Assembly: GCA_963748235.1 (NCBI GenBank)
Contig: CAVVHT010000009.1
Span: 1,414,756 to 1,478,755, forward strand
Reading direction: 5' to 3'
Length of the DNA stretch: 64,000 nt
Source: an uncultured Chloroflexia bacterium
GTDB taxonomy: Bacteria > Chloroflexota > Limnocylindria > Limnocylindrales > CSP1-4
The position numbers were made by a program, and so were the translations under genes. Positions within the stretch are counted from its first letter, which is position 1; each line of letters begins with the position of its first letter. Below the pieces are notes generated by a model. That model saw only the letters and a list, made by a program, of their open reading frames with translations, was not told where the DNA came from and did not search any database. Positions 1 to 14,080 of this stretch are shown here, piece after piece.

Positions 1-657
1 CCTGATCCGAAGCAGGAGCAGCACGGTACTGACAAGAAGCTGCTCGCGGGCGTCGGCGTTGCCGTCTTTGCCCTCGCCGGTGTTGCGATCTGGCTGACTC
101 TTCCGCAACCAGCCGTGCAGCTGGACATTGCCGGCGCAGCAATCGCAACGGAGCTCGTTGTCCCCGGCGCATCGCCAGGGGCACCTGTTGCCCCTGCGGC
201 GTCGGCGATCATCGTTGACGTCCAGGGTGCGGTGGCTTCCCCCGGACTGCACAGGTTGCCGGCCGACAGCCGCGTCGGCGACGCGATTGCGGCAGCCGGC
301 GGATACAGCCCGTTGGTCGACATTGCTGCTGCGGCGACGCGGCTAAATCTCGCCGAGCGGCTGATGGATGGAGCCAAGGTCCACGTTCCGGCACGCGGCG
401 ACGTGGCGGTCACTGCTGCGGAAACGGCGGCGCCCGCAGGTTCGTCGGGACCGGCGTCGGGTGGCCCGATCGACATCAACCATGCTTCGGCAGAGGAACT
501 CGACACTCTGCCCGGCATTGGGCCGGTCACAGCCGAGAAGATCATCTCCGCCCGCGCCCAAGCGGCGTTCGCGAGTATCGATGAACTGCTTTCGCGAAGC
601 GTCGTCGGGCCCTCGACGATGGACAAGATTCGTGACCTGATCACCGCCCTCCCCTGA
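1..657 (+). CDS. comEA: ComEA-type competence protein, membrane-anchored DNA-binding helix-hairpin-helix protein (5' end outside window)
   Basis: Frame 1 is open from base 1 (hydrophobic LLAGVGVAVFALAGVAIWL) and runs into track ORF 115..657. C-terminal tandem HhH 'INHASAEELDTLPGIGPVTAEKII...IDELLSRSVVGPSTMDKI'. comEC follows directly. Confidence 0.85.
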   Translation, partial: PDPKQEQHGTDKKLLAGVGVAVFALAGVAIWLTLPQPAVQLDIAGAAIATELVVPGASPGAPVAPAASAIIVDVQGAVASPGLHRLPADSRVGDAIAAAGGYSPLVDIAAAATRLNLAERLMDGAKVHVPARGDVAVTAAETAAPAGSSGPASGGPIDINHASAEELDTLPGIGPVTAEKIISARAQAAFASIDELLSRSVVGPSTMDKIRDLITALP

Positions 658-679
658 TCACAGTCGGGCGGCTAATCAC

Positions 680-3364
680 ATGAATCGCGCGGCGTGGCTG
701 GCCGCCGGCTCGATCATCGGCGCCCTGTTCGCCCCGGCATTCCCCGCAGCGGCACTGTCGGTGCTGATGGCAGCCCTCGCCATAGCCCTTGCGGTTCTCG
801 GGTCGCGCCATGGCCGGGTGGTCATCGGCCGCCAGCAGATGCCGGCCCTCGCTCTGCTGGCGGGCACCGTGCTGGTGATCGCTCGCGTCGTCATCGGACT
901 GGCGCTCACCACGCCGGCCGATGACGGCAATCCAGCGTTCGAGACGGACGGAACGGCTCACGAAGCTGTCGTGGTGTCGGTTGGCACGCCCTCCGGTGGA
1001 TTGCAGCGAGCGACCGTCGAGCTGCGGCCGCCGGAACCAGCTGAACGTGTCTATGCGCGGCTGCCGCGCTACCCGGCGGTGGTCATCGGCGACGTCGTGC
1101 GCTTCAGCGGCTCGCTCGAACCGGCATCGATCGAGGGCGGCTTCGGTGAGTTCCTGGCTCGCGGCGGAATCGAGTGGACGACGCGTGCCCGGACCCTGGA
1201 TCGCGTCGGGGGTGACGGGACTCCGGTCGCGGCGCTCGAGGGCATCCGTCGTCAGGCGGCCGAGATGGTCACGCGCGCCCTGCCGGAGCCGCAGGCCGGC
1301 TTGGCCACGGCGATGATGATCGGCCTGCGCGACCTGGTTGCGCGTGACGTGTCGAACGACTTTCGGACCTCCGGCCTTAGCCACGTCGTCGCGATCAGCG
1401 GCTGGCACATCTGCCTTCTGGCGGCGGTTGTTACGGCAGCCCTCGGCGGTCTGTCGCGACGGCCAAGGTCACTGCTCGTTCTGGCTGCAATCTGCTCCTA
1501 CTCGATCCTGGCTGGAGCATCGCCGAGCATCCTTCGCGCGGCGGTGATGGCGTCCGTGGTGCTTCTGGCGCGCGAGTCGGGCCGTGCCGGGCAAGCGCCG
1601 GCTGCACTGGCCCTGACCTGCTTAGGGCTGCTATTGCTCGATCCGGCAACTGTCACCGACATCGGCTTCCAGCTCTCGGTCGCGGCAACCGCTGGGTTGC
1701 TCGTCTGGTCGAAGGGAATCGGCGCCTGGCTGGCATCCAGGTTGCCGCGGCGGACACCGGCGTGGCTGCTCGAGGCGCTCGCTGTGTCGCTCGCGGCCCA
1801 GGCGGCAACGCTGCCGCTGATCCTCTACCACTTCGCGTCGCTCTCCCTGGTCGCCCCGCTGGCGAACCTACTCGTTGCGCCACTCGTCGCGCCGGCGATG
1901 CTGCTGACAGTGCTGGCGTTCGCCGCCGGCGGCCTGATCGGTCTGGGCGTGCCCGCCTTGCTGTTCGCACCGGTGACGCTCATTGGCGCGCTCGGCATCG
2001 GCGCCATGATCGGCATCGCCCACTCGACCGCGGCACTGCCCCTGGCAACGCTCCAGGTTCCTGAGCCTGTCAACATCGTCGCGGCCGCCGCTTCCGTCGC
2101 CCTGCTCGCGTACGTCACCCGTCAGCGGCCAAAACGTAACGCCGGCAAGCGACCTCAACCGGTCACGACGCGTCCGGAAAGCCATTCGTCCAGCGCCTCG
2201 CCGCGCCGCCTTGCCCTCGGCGGCGGCACCGTGTCGCTGTGCCTGCTGCTCGTTCTGATCAACGGCGCGCGACCAGACGGTCGACTTCACGTGACCGTGC
2301 TTGACATCGGCCAGGGTGACTCGATCCTGCTCCAGGGCCCGAACGGCGGCCGGATGCTGATCGACACCGGTCCAGATCCAGACCGCCTGCTGACCCTGCT
2401 CGACCAGCGCCTGCCGGCATGGGACAGGCGCATCGACCTGGTCGTGCTGACCCATCCGCACGAGGACCACGTCGCCGGCGTGGCGTTGCTGCTCGACCGC
2501 TACCGCATCGGCGCCGTGGTCGAGCCAGGCATGATCGGCCTCGGGCCCGGCGACGCGGCCTATCGGCGGCGGATGACCGAGCTCGGCCGCGAGAGCCGCG
2601 TCGTCGCCGCCGGTGATCGCCTCATGCTCGACGGCATCACGCTTGACGTGGAGTGGCCATTTCGTGGGCGTGTGCCGCTGCGCGCTACCGATTCGGGCAC
2701 CCAGATCAACAACGTCTCGATCGTCCTCGACCTGGCCTTCGGCCAGCGACGGATGCTGTTCAGCGGTGACGTCGAGGAGGAGATCGACCCACAGCTCCTC
2801 GCGGCGGGCATCGCGGATCAGCTGACGGCTCCGCTCGACGTGCTGAAGGTTGCCCATCACGGCAGCCGAACCGCGACTACCGATGCCTTCGTCGAGCAGC
2901 TCGAGCCACGGGTCGCGGTGATCAGCGCCGGCTGGGGCAATCCGTACGGGCACCCGTCACCGGAGACGGTTGGGCGCCTGGTCGAAAGCGGAGCACGCCT
3001 GTTCCGGACCGATATCGACGGCTCGGTCGAGATCTCGACCAACGGCGAGGATCTCGTTGCTCGGGCCGGCGGTGGTCGGCCGCGACCAACCGATCCGCCC
3101 GCCCAGCGGCCACTTGGCATCGGCTTCTGCCCCATCCCGCCCGAGGTCCGCGCACGCCGGGCGCGGCGCAGTGCGCCGCGAAGTGGACCCTGGAGGCCCA
3201 CCTACAATCGGCCGCATGGCCATCCCGACGCGGATCGAGGCGGCAGCGATCATCCGTTCGCTGAAGCCCAAGGACACCTTGCTGACGCACAGCGCCGTGA
3301 CCGGCGAGATTGCCGCGTTCATCTGCGCTGCCTTGGTCCGCCGCGGCGTGGTGGTCAACACTGA
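680..3364 (+). CDS. comEC: ComEC/Rec2 DNA internalisation channel with C-terminal metallo-beta-lactamase domain
   Basis: 894-aa track ORF starting at an ATG. Polytopic competence domain ('GLSHVVAISGWHI') and MBL motifs ('LTHPHEDHVAG', 'KVAHHGS'). The last ~150 nt overlap the next gene, so the true 3' end is uncertain. Confidence 0.88.
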   Translation: MNRAAWLAAGSIIGALFAPAFPAAALSVLMAALAIALAVLGSRHGRVVIGRQQMPALALLAGTVLVIARVVIGLALTTPADDGNPAFETDGTAHEAVVVSVGTPSGGLQRATVELRPPEPAERVYARLPRYPAVVIGDVVRFSGSLEPASIEGGFGEFLARGGIEWTTRARTLDRVGGDGTPVAALEGIRRQAAEMVTRALPEPQAGLATAMMIGLRDLVARDVSNDFRTSGLSHVVAISGWHICLLAAVVTAALGGLSRRPRSLLVLAAICSYSILAGASPSILRAAVMASVVLLARESGRAGQAPAALALTCLGLLLLDPATVTDIGFQLSVAATAGLLVWSKGIGAWLASRLPRRTPAWLLEALAVSLAAQAATLPLILYHFASLSLVAPLANLLVAPLVAPAMLLTVLAFAAGGLIGLGVPALLFAPVTLIGALGIGAMIGIAHSTAALPLATLQVPEPVNIVAAAASVALLAYVTRQRPKRNAGKRPQPVTTRPESHSSSASPRRLALGGGTVSLCLLLVLINGARPDGRLHVTVLDIGQGDSILLQGPNGGRMLIDTGPDPDRLLTLLDQRLPAWDRRIDLVVLTHPHEDHVAGVALLLDRYRIGAVVEPGMIGLGPGDAAYRRRMTELGRESRVVAAGDRLMLDGITLDVEWPFRGRVPLRATDSGTQINNVSIVLDLAFGQRRMLFSGDVEEEIDPQLLAAGIADQLTAPLDVLKVAHHGSRTATTDAFVEQLEPRVAVISAGWGNPYGHPSPETVGRLVESGARLFRTDIDGSVEISTNGEDLVARAGGGRPRPTDPPAQRPLGIGFCPIPPEVRARRARRSAPRSGPWRPTYNRPHGHPDADRGGSDHPFAEAQGHLADAQRRDRRDCRVHLRCLGPPRRGGQH

Positions 3365-3809
3365 ACTGGCCGAGACCGCGGCGCTGCTGCATGATGTGGA
3401 CAAGGCTCTGCCGCGCGGTCATGCCCTGCGCCGCCTGGGCCACGGCACAGGCGGCGCCGAGTGGCTACGGACAAACGGGTACGACGACCTCGGCACTGCC
3501 GTGGCCAACCATCCCGTCGGCGTGCTGGCCGCGGCCGAGTCGTACGACGAGTTCGCGCAGCGCGTCGGCCTCGAGGGCTGCATCGTCGCCCTCGCCGACA
3601 AGCGAGCGCTGCAAGAGGTGGTCAGCCTCGACGTCCGATTCGATCGCTGGCGCAGGCGCTACCCGGATAGCGAGACGCTGCCCGTGGCACTGGGGCGCGC
3701 AAGAGAGATGGAGCGAGACATCTGCGCCATGGCGGGCATCGCGGCGGACGAGGTGCAGCGATTGGCGTGGGTCGACGACGCGCTCAAGCAGGCGGCACGG
3801 GCGGCCTAG
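3216..3809 (+). CDS. HD-domain phosphohydrolase
   Basis: In-frame ATG at 3216 inside track ORF 2970..3809. 'HSAVTGEIAAF...LLHDVDK' HD motif. The N-terminal 82 codons of the track ORF are Arg/Pro-rich overlap with comEC. Confidence 0.75.
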   Translation: MAIPTRIEAAAIIRSLKPKDTLLTHSAVTGEIAAFICAALVRRGVVVNTELAETAALLHDVDKALPRGHALRRLGHGTGGAEWLRTNGYDDLGTAVANHPVGVLAAAESYDEFAQRVGLEGCIVALADKRALQEVVSLDVRFDRWRRRYPDSETLPVALGRAREMERDICAMAGIAADEVQRLAWVDDALKQAARAA

Positions 3810-4945
3810 TGCCCACGGCACCTGTCGCCTACTTCTGGGGCGAGGACGCGTGGTCGATCGAGAACGCGGCACGCACGTTCGCGACGGCACTCGCAGCGGA
3901 CACCGGCACGCCGATCGACGTCTGGCGGACGAGCGGCGACGAGGATGACTCGGGCGATGGTGGTGCGGCCAGCGCGAGCAAGCGGCGAGGACGTGTGCTC
4001 GACCAGATCGCGGAGCGGCTCTCGACGGCGACGCTGTTCGGCGGCGGCACGCTCGTCGTCGTCAGGCAGCCCGGCTCGCTGGTGCGCGAGGCGACGGCGC
4101 GCGAGCGGCTGATAGCGCTCATCGCGAACGTGGCACCGGGCAACGCGCTGTGCTTCGTCGACCTCCTCGCTCAGGGATCGAAGGGCCTGCCCACCCAGCA
4201 GGGAGTGCTGCGCGACACAGTCGCCGCTGCCGGCGGTCAAACAAAGGAGTACGCGGCACTCTCGCGCGAGCGCATGGAGTCGTGGCTCACCGGTCGCGCC
4301 GCTGAGCTGGAGCTGACGCTCGGGCCGGGCGCCGCGCGGCTGCTCGCCGAGCGTGTCGGCGCCTACGTGCGCGAAGGGGACGTCGACCGGCGGCGGATGA
4401 GCGAGCTGGCCAATGCCGAGCTCGAGAAGCTGGCGTTGTACCGGCCCGGCGGCACGGCCTCGCGCGACGACATCGAGGCACTTGTCAGCGAGGCCGTGCC
4501 CGGCTCGACTTGGGCGTTCCTCGACGCCGTCGGCTATCGGCGCGCCGGAGAAGCCACCAATGTCGCCGATCGGCTGCTCGACGACGCGACCCCGATGCCG
4601 GTGCTCATCACCCAGATCCACCGCCGACTGCGCGACCTGATCGCAGTGCGCGACCACGTCGCGGCAGGGACGAAGCCCGCCGACCTCGTGCGCGAGATGA
4701 AGCTCCAGCCGTTCCGCGCCCAGAAGCTGAGCGAGCAGGCGCGCACGTGGGACCAGCCTGAGCTGGACGAGGCGCTGTCCGAGCTGTTCGAGCTCGATCT
4801 GCTGAGCAAGGGCATCGCCGGCGATGGATCGCCGCGCTCGCTGTCGGAGGACCGATCTCAGCTGGCGTTACTGGCCTGGATAGGAAAACACGCCAGCCGG
4901 CGTGGGCAGACACCGGCTGGCGTGCGGGTTAGGGACGGCGCCTGA
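3809..4945 (+). CDS. holA: DNA polymerase III delta subunit
   Basis: GTG at 3809 overlaps the upstream TAG (TAGTG). About 378 aa with a HolA-like N-terminus ('VAYFWGEDAWSIENAA', 'LFGGGTLVVV'). Conserved position after comEC. Confidence 0.75.
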   Translation: MPTAPVAYFWGEDAWSIENAARTFATALAADTGTPIDVWRTSGDEDDSGDGGAASASKRRGRVLDQIAERLSTATLFGGGTLVVVRQPGSLVREATARERLIALIANVAPGNALCFVDLLAQGSKGLPTQQGVLRDTVAAAGGQTKEYAALSRERMESWLTGRAAELELTLGPGAARLLAERVGAYVREGDVDRRRMSELANAELEKLALYRPGGTASRDDIEALVSEAVPGSTWAFLDAVGYRRAGEATNVADRLLDDATPMPVLITQIHRRLRDLIAVRDHVAAGTKPADLVREMKLQPFRAQKLSEQARTWDQPELDEALSELFELDLLSKGIAGDGSPRSLSEDRSQLALLAWIGKHASRRGQTPAGVRVRDGA

Positions 4946-4967
4946 GGAGGCGGGCGCCGTGGGTCGT

Positions 4968-5218
4968 TCAGTTAGGCGACCATGCCTCGCGCACGAGAAC
5001 CTGGTCGGTTTCGATCGCGAACGTGCAGCGCCCTTCGGGCACCTGGAGCAGGTCGATCAGATCTGGGTCGAGGTACAGCTGCTGGCACGTCTCGCACAGG
5101 CTGGCCGGCAATCCGAAGAAGAACTGCTCGCGGCCGTCCGGCAGTCGAAAGTGGTATCGAAGCGCGAGCTGATGAGGCTGCGGGTGCAGGCCGGACACTC
5201 ACTGCCGATGCGATCCAT
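4968..5218 (-). CDS. Small zinc-ribbon protein (YgiT/MqsA-like CxxC...CxxC); apparent frameshift near 5185
   Basis: Track ORF 4968..5198 carries 'CETC'. The adjacent frame (ORF 5057..5254) reads 'MDRIGSECPAC' immediately upstream, so the two halves of a zinc ribbon lie in different frames. Confidence 0.35.
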
Positions 5219-5309
5219 GCCGGGGACTCTAGGTGCGTTCCGGTGTACTTCCACATGACCCAGCGGTACCTATCGCTCCGCCGAGTCTCCTAGCCCGGAG
5301 CGTGCCATT

Positions 5310-5645
5310 TCACTGCAATCGCAGGAGCAGCGGTGCCTCCGCCCAGAGCTTCTCGAGCTGGTAGAACTCGCGCTCGGGCTGCGCCATGACATGGACGATC
5401 ACCGAGCCGTAGTCGATCAGCAGCCAGTGCGCATTGGCCGAGCCTTCGCGTCCGATCGGCCGTAGACCCTCGTCGCGCAGACCGCCGACGATGCCGTCGG
5501 CGATGGCGCCGAGCTGCCTTTCGGACGTGCCCGAGCAGATGACGAAGTAGTCGGCCAGCGTGGTCAGCTCGCCGATCTCGAGCAGCACGATGTCCGATGC
5601 CTTCTTGTCCGACGCCAGGTCGACGATCTGTCGCGCCAGCGCCAA
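5310..5645 (-). CDS. rsfS: Ribosome silencing factor RsfS (iojap family)
   Basis: 'DIVLLEIGELTTLADYFVICSGTSERQ...HWLLIDYGSVIVHVM'. TTG start at 5645. A longer N-terminus (ATG ~5760, other frame) is possible if another indel is present. Confidence 0.88.
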   Translation of the reverse strand: MALARQIVDLASDKKASDIVLLEIGELTTLADYFVICSGTSERQLGAIADGIVGGLRDEGLRPIGREGSANAHWLLIDYGSVIVHVMAQPEREFYQLEKLWAEAPLLLRLQ

Positions 5646-5782
5646 CGCCTCTTCCTCGGCAGTCGGAGCGTCCTTCTTGCCGCGGCTTGCCGGGCGCGGG
5701 CGTTCGCCGCCGGCGGGGCAGCCCCGGGCGGAGCTGCTCAGGCTGCTGTCGGTCGTCGGTCATCGGGTCCATCTCGGTCGGT

Positions 5783-6364
5783 TCATCCATAGAGCGCGTT
5801 GTCTCCGATGTAAGCCTCAACGGCTGCGGGCACGAGATAGCGGATCGATCGGCCGTGGCGAATGCGGTCGCGGATGTCGGTCGACGAGTGCCCCAGTCGT
5901 GTCGTGACGAGGACGTGAAGCGGTCTTCGCGGCCCGGAAAGTGGCCGCGAACCAGTCCGTGAGACAGATCCGGTAGCCGAGCCGCGGCACGACCGCGACG
6001 CGCGCCAGCTCGAGGATGCGCTCCGGACTGCGCCAATCGGGCAATGCCGTGCGGCCTCGGCCGAGATGATCAGCGTCCAATCGCACCCGGGTTGCGCGGC
6101 CCAGCTGTTCGAGCGTGTCGACGGTGTAGCTCGGCCGATCCGCGTCGAGCTCGATCGTGTCAGCGACGAAGCCGGGTTGTCGGCGATGGCCAGCTCAACC
6201 ATGCGAGCCGGTGCGCCGCAGCGCCTTCGGTGGCGTCCTTGTGCACCGGGCTGCCGGCGGGGATGAACATCACGCCGGCCAGATCGAGCGCGTCACGCGC
6301 CTGCTCGGCGATGGCCAGATGGCCGAAGTGGATCGGGTCGAAGGTGCCGCCGAGGATGCCCCAT
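5783..6364 (-). pseudogene. nadD: Nicotinate-nucleotide adenylyltransferase NadD, frame-disrupted as sequenced (at least 5 frame changes)
   Basis: '[21 protein letters not shown]' (ORF 6160..6753 frame), '[10 protein letters not shown]' and the C-terminal 'SSTDIRDRIRHGRSIRYLVPAAVEAYI' (ORF 5783..6202 frame), and 'LPDWRSPERILELARVAVVPRLGY' (ORF 5817..6086 frame). The start reads ATGGGGCATC; one G fewer would give [10 protein letters not shown]. Confidence 0.8.
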
Positions 6365-6386
6365 TGCTGGCGGCCGACTGATCGCT

Positions 6387-7678
<1,292 letters not shown>

Positions 7679-7729
7679 GTGCGCTGAATCCTATCTGGGC
7701 GGTCGACCACGCCTCGTGCGTCACGGAGC

Positions 7730-7903
7730 GGCGCAATAGTCCGCCGAAGCGCGTCGAACCCGCGTCGCGGCAGTCAGTACCCCTATTGAGGCGTCGCGGA
7801 GGCTTGCGTCACGCCGACGCAATAGTCCGGCTGAATACGGCCGTACCGCGGCACGCAATCGCCGGACGTTTGAGTCGCTGGGTGGCGCAATGCCGCCAGC
7901 GAC
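7730..7903 (-). repeat. Four short GC-stem hairpins, each presenting a conserved (AC)UAUUGCG-type loop, in the rho-obg spacer
   Basis: Plus-strand core CGCAAT at 7732, 7818, 7854 and 7886. Each sits between complementary 4-8 nt arms (7730-7745, 7813-7831, 7849-7864, 7874-7903). Two ~28-nt near-identical copies lie at 7717-7745 and 7804-7831. Confidence 0.5.
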
Positions 7904-7920
7904 CTCGTGGAAGCGACGGG

Positions 7921-9185
7921 TTAGGCCTCGTTCGCCGCGGCGCTCTTGGTCAGCGAGGCGAGGAACTCGGCGTTCGAGTTCGGTCTTCGCGAGGCGGTTG
8001 AGCAGCAGCTCGATGCCCTCGTTGGTGCCGACCGCGGAGAGCATCCGGCGCATCGTCCAGACCATGCGCAGCGTGCCTTCCTCGAGCAGCAGCTCCTCGC
8101 GGCGGGTGCCCGAGCGCTGGACGTCGATCGCCGGGAAGACGCGCTTCTCGGCCAGCTTGCGATCGAGGATGAGCTCCGAGTTGCCGGTGCCCTTGAACTC
8201 CTCGTAGATCACGTCGTCCATGCGCGAGCCGGTGTCGATCAGGCAGGTGCCGATGATCGTCAGCGAGCCGCCCTCCTCGATCTTGCGCGCGGCGCCGAAG
8301 AAGCGCTTGGGCGGGTACAGCGCGATCGGGTCGATACCACCGGACAGCGTTCGGCCCGACGGCGGCAGCGCCAGGTTGTAGGCACGCGCCAGGCGGGTGA
8401 TCGAGTCGAGCAGGATGACCACGTCGCGGCCGGTCTCGACCTGGCGCTTGGCGATCTCGAGCGCCATCTCGGCGGCGCGCGTGTGGTTCTCGGTCGGCTC
8501 GTCGAAGGTCGAGGAGATGACCTCGCCCTTGACCGAGCGGCGCATGTCGGTGACTTCCTCGGGCCGCTCGCCGATGAGCGCGACCATCAGCAGGATCTCG
8601 GGATAGTTGGCGGTGATGCCGTTGGCGATCTGCTTGAGCAGCATCGTCTTGCCCGCCTTGGGCGGCGAGACGATGAGCGCGCGCTGGCCCTTGCCGAGCG
8701 GGTTGACCAGGTTGATCAGCCGCTGGCTCAGGTTCTTGGGGTCCGTCTCGAGGTTGATCAGCTCGATCGGGTGGATCGGCGTCAGCGCGTCGAAGTGCGG
8801 CCGGCGCTTGGCGGTCTCGGGATCGACGCCGTTGACCGACTCGACGCGCACGCAGGCCCCAGTACTTCTCGCCGTCCTTGGGCTGGCGGATCACGCCGCC
8901 GACGCGGTCGCCGGCGCGCAGGCCGAAGCGGCGGACCTGGGAAGAGGAGACGTAGACGTCATCCGGGCTGGGCATCAGGCCGTGCCGGCGCATGAAGCCG
9001 TAGCCGTCGTCGACGATGTCGAGGATGCCGGTCACGTAGACCTGGCCGCTGCGCTCGACCTGGCGCTGGAGGATGTGCTCGACGAGGTCGTCCTGGCGCA
9101 TCTGGCGCGCGTTGTCGACCTCGAGATCGGCGCCGATCTGGACGAGCTGGTTGAAGTTCTTGGATTTGAGTTCGTTGATGTTCAT
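7921..9185 (-). pseudogene. rho: Transcription termination factor Rho, frame-disrupted as sequenced (2 frame changes)
   Basis: N-terminus 'MNINELKSKNFNQLVQIG...' (ORF 7950..9185) switches at ~8855 to ORF 7721..8851 ('RVESVNG...[10 protein letters not shown]...[11 protein letters not shown]'). After ~7985 a third frame reads '[19 protein letters not shown]' and stops at 7921-7923. Confidence 0.9.
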
Positions 9186-9333
9186 TCGGTAATTGGGCTA
9201 CCTGCTGGGATTGGGTGACCGGAAGCGAATCGCCATGCAGCGTCGACCGGGATGGAGATACGGACCCGCCTGGCACGCGCCACACATGAGAACGGCCAGC
9301 GACCGATCAGGTGGGGGAAACGGGAGTAAGAAG

Positions 9334-9361
9334 ATATTAGCACGCGCCGAGCGTGGGTCAA
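9334..9361 (-). promoter_or_regulatory. Candidate housekeeping-sigma promoter for rho: TTGACC-N16-TAATAT
   Basis: Minus strand reads TTGACC (9361-9356), a 16-nt spacer, then TAATAT (9339-9334). Lies in an AT-richer 384-nt spacer about 150 nt upstream of the rho ATG. Confidence 0.4.
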
Positions 9362-9569
9362 GCACAGCGAAAGCTGGCTTGCACGGCCGACGATTCGCCG
9401 CTCGATGTGCGCCTGGCGAGCCACACTCGGCTCGGATTGCAGAATGTGCGATCAGCCGAACTCAACGCCGCTGCACAGGGCGTCAGCGGCACACCGACGT
9501 GCGATCCATGCCCAATCCTGCGCGTTCCTGGCCGATATGGGCGCTCAGCTGCCCACCGGCGCGGCGCGG

Positions 9570-10259
9570 TTAGTTCTGGCGAACGGCCTCGCGCTGCGCA
9601 TCCTTCTCGGCCGCGGCGGCGCGTGCCTTCTCCCAGTCCTCGCGGAAGGTGACGATGCCCTTGTCGGTCAGCGGGTGATGAACCATCTGCTGGAGCACCT
9701 TGAACGGCACCGTGGCGATATGCGAGCCGAGCATCGCGGCGTCGGTCACGTGGCGCGGGTGGCGCACCGACGCGGTCAGCACCTCCGTGTCCAGGTCGTG
9801 CACCTCGACGATCGTCACCAGCTCGCGGATGACGTCCATGCCGTCCTGGTTGATGTCATCGAGCCGGCCGATGAACGGCGACAGCAGCGATGCGCCGGCC
9901 TTGGCCGCGAGCAGGCCCTGGTTGGCGGTGAAGATGAGCGTGCAGTTGGTCTTGATGCCCTCTTCGGCGAATCGGAAGATGGCCTCGAGGCCCTCCTCGC
10001 TCATGGGCACCTTGACGACGATGTTCGGCGCCAGCTTGGCGAACGCGCGACCCTCGCGGAGCATGCCGTCGACGTCCTCGGCCACGACCTCGGCGCTTAC
10101 CGGTCCGGCCGTCAGGTCGCAGATCTGGCGCAGGATGTCCTCGTACGAGCCGCCGATCTTGCCGTACAGCGTCGGGTTCGTGGTGACGCCGTCGAGCACG
10201 CCCCAACGCGCGGCGGTGCGGATCTCTTCGATGTCCGCGGTGTCCAGGAAGAGCTTCAT
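9570..10259 (-). CDS. tal: Transaldolase, short Fsa/TalC-type
   Basis: Intact 229-aa ORF with 'MKLFLDTADIEEI', 'GVTTNPTL', 'VKVP' and 'TNCTLIF'. Confidence 0.9.
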   Translation of the reverse strand: MKLFLDTADIEEIRTAARWGVLDGVTTNPTLYGKIGGSYEDILRQICDLTAGPVSAEVVAEDVDGMLREGRAFAKLAPNIVVKVPMSEEGLEAIFRFAEEGIKTNCTLIFTANQGLLAAKAGASLLSPFIGRLDDINQDGMDVIRELVTIVEVHDLDTEVLTASVRHPRHVTDAAMLGSHIATVPFKVLQQMVHHPLTDKGIVTFREDWEKARAAAAEKDAQREAVRQN

Positions 10260-10389
10260 CTAGCGGGCTCCTTTCAGCACGCCGGCAAGTCTACGCCTGA
10301 CCGCGGACGGCTCAGTAATCTTTGGCAATGCCCCGCTACAAGATCAGCCCGTTCAGCCGCGACTCTGGCCGACTCGGCGGCGGTCCTGC

Positions 10390-14039
<3,650 letters not shown>

Positions 14040-14054
14040 TCACCGGCAGGCTGC

Positions 14055-14075
14055 GCGGCTGCTCGCTGCAGCCGC
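14055..14075 (-). terminator. Perfect 8-bp GC-rich stem-loop 6 nt after the stop of the last propeller gene (no U-tract)
   Basis: 14055-14062 (GCGGCTGC) pairs with 14068-14075 (GCAGCCGC), with a 5-nt loop. Lies between the propeller array and the pyrG promoter region. Confidence 0.3.
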
Positions 14076-14080
14076 CACGC

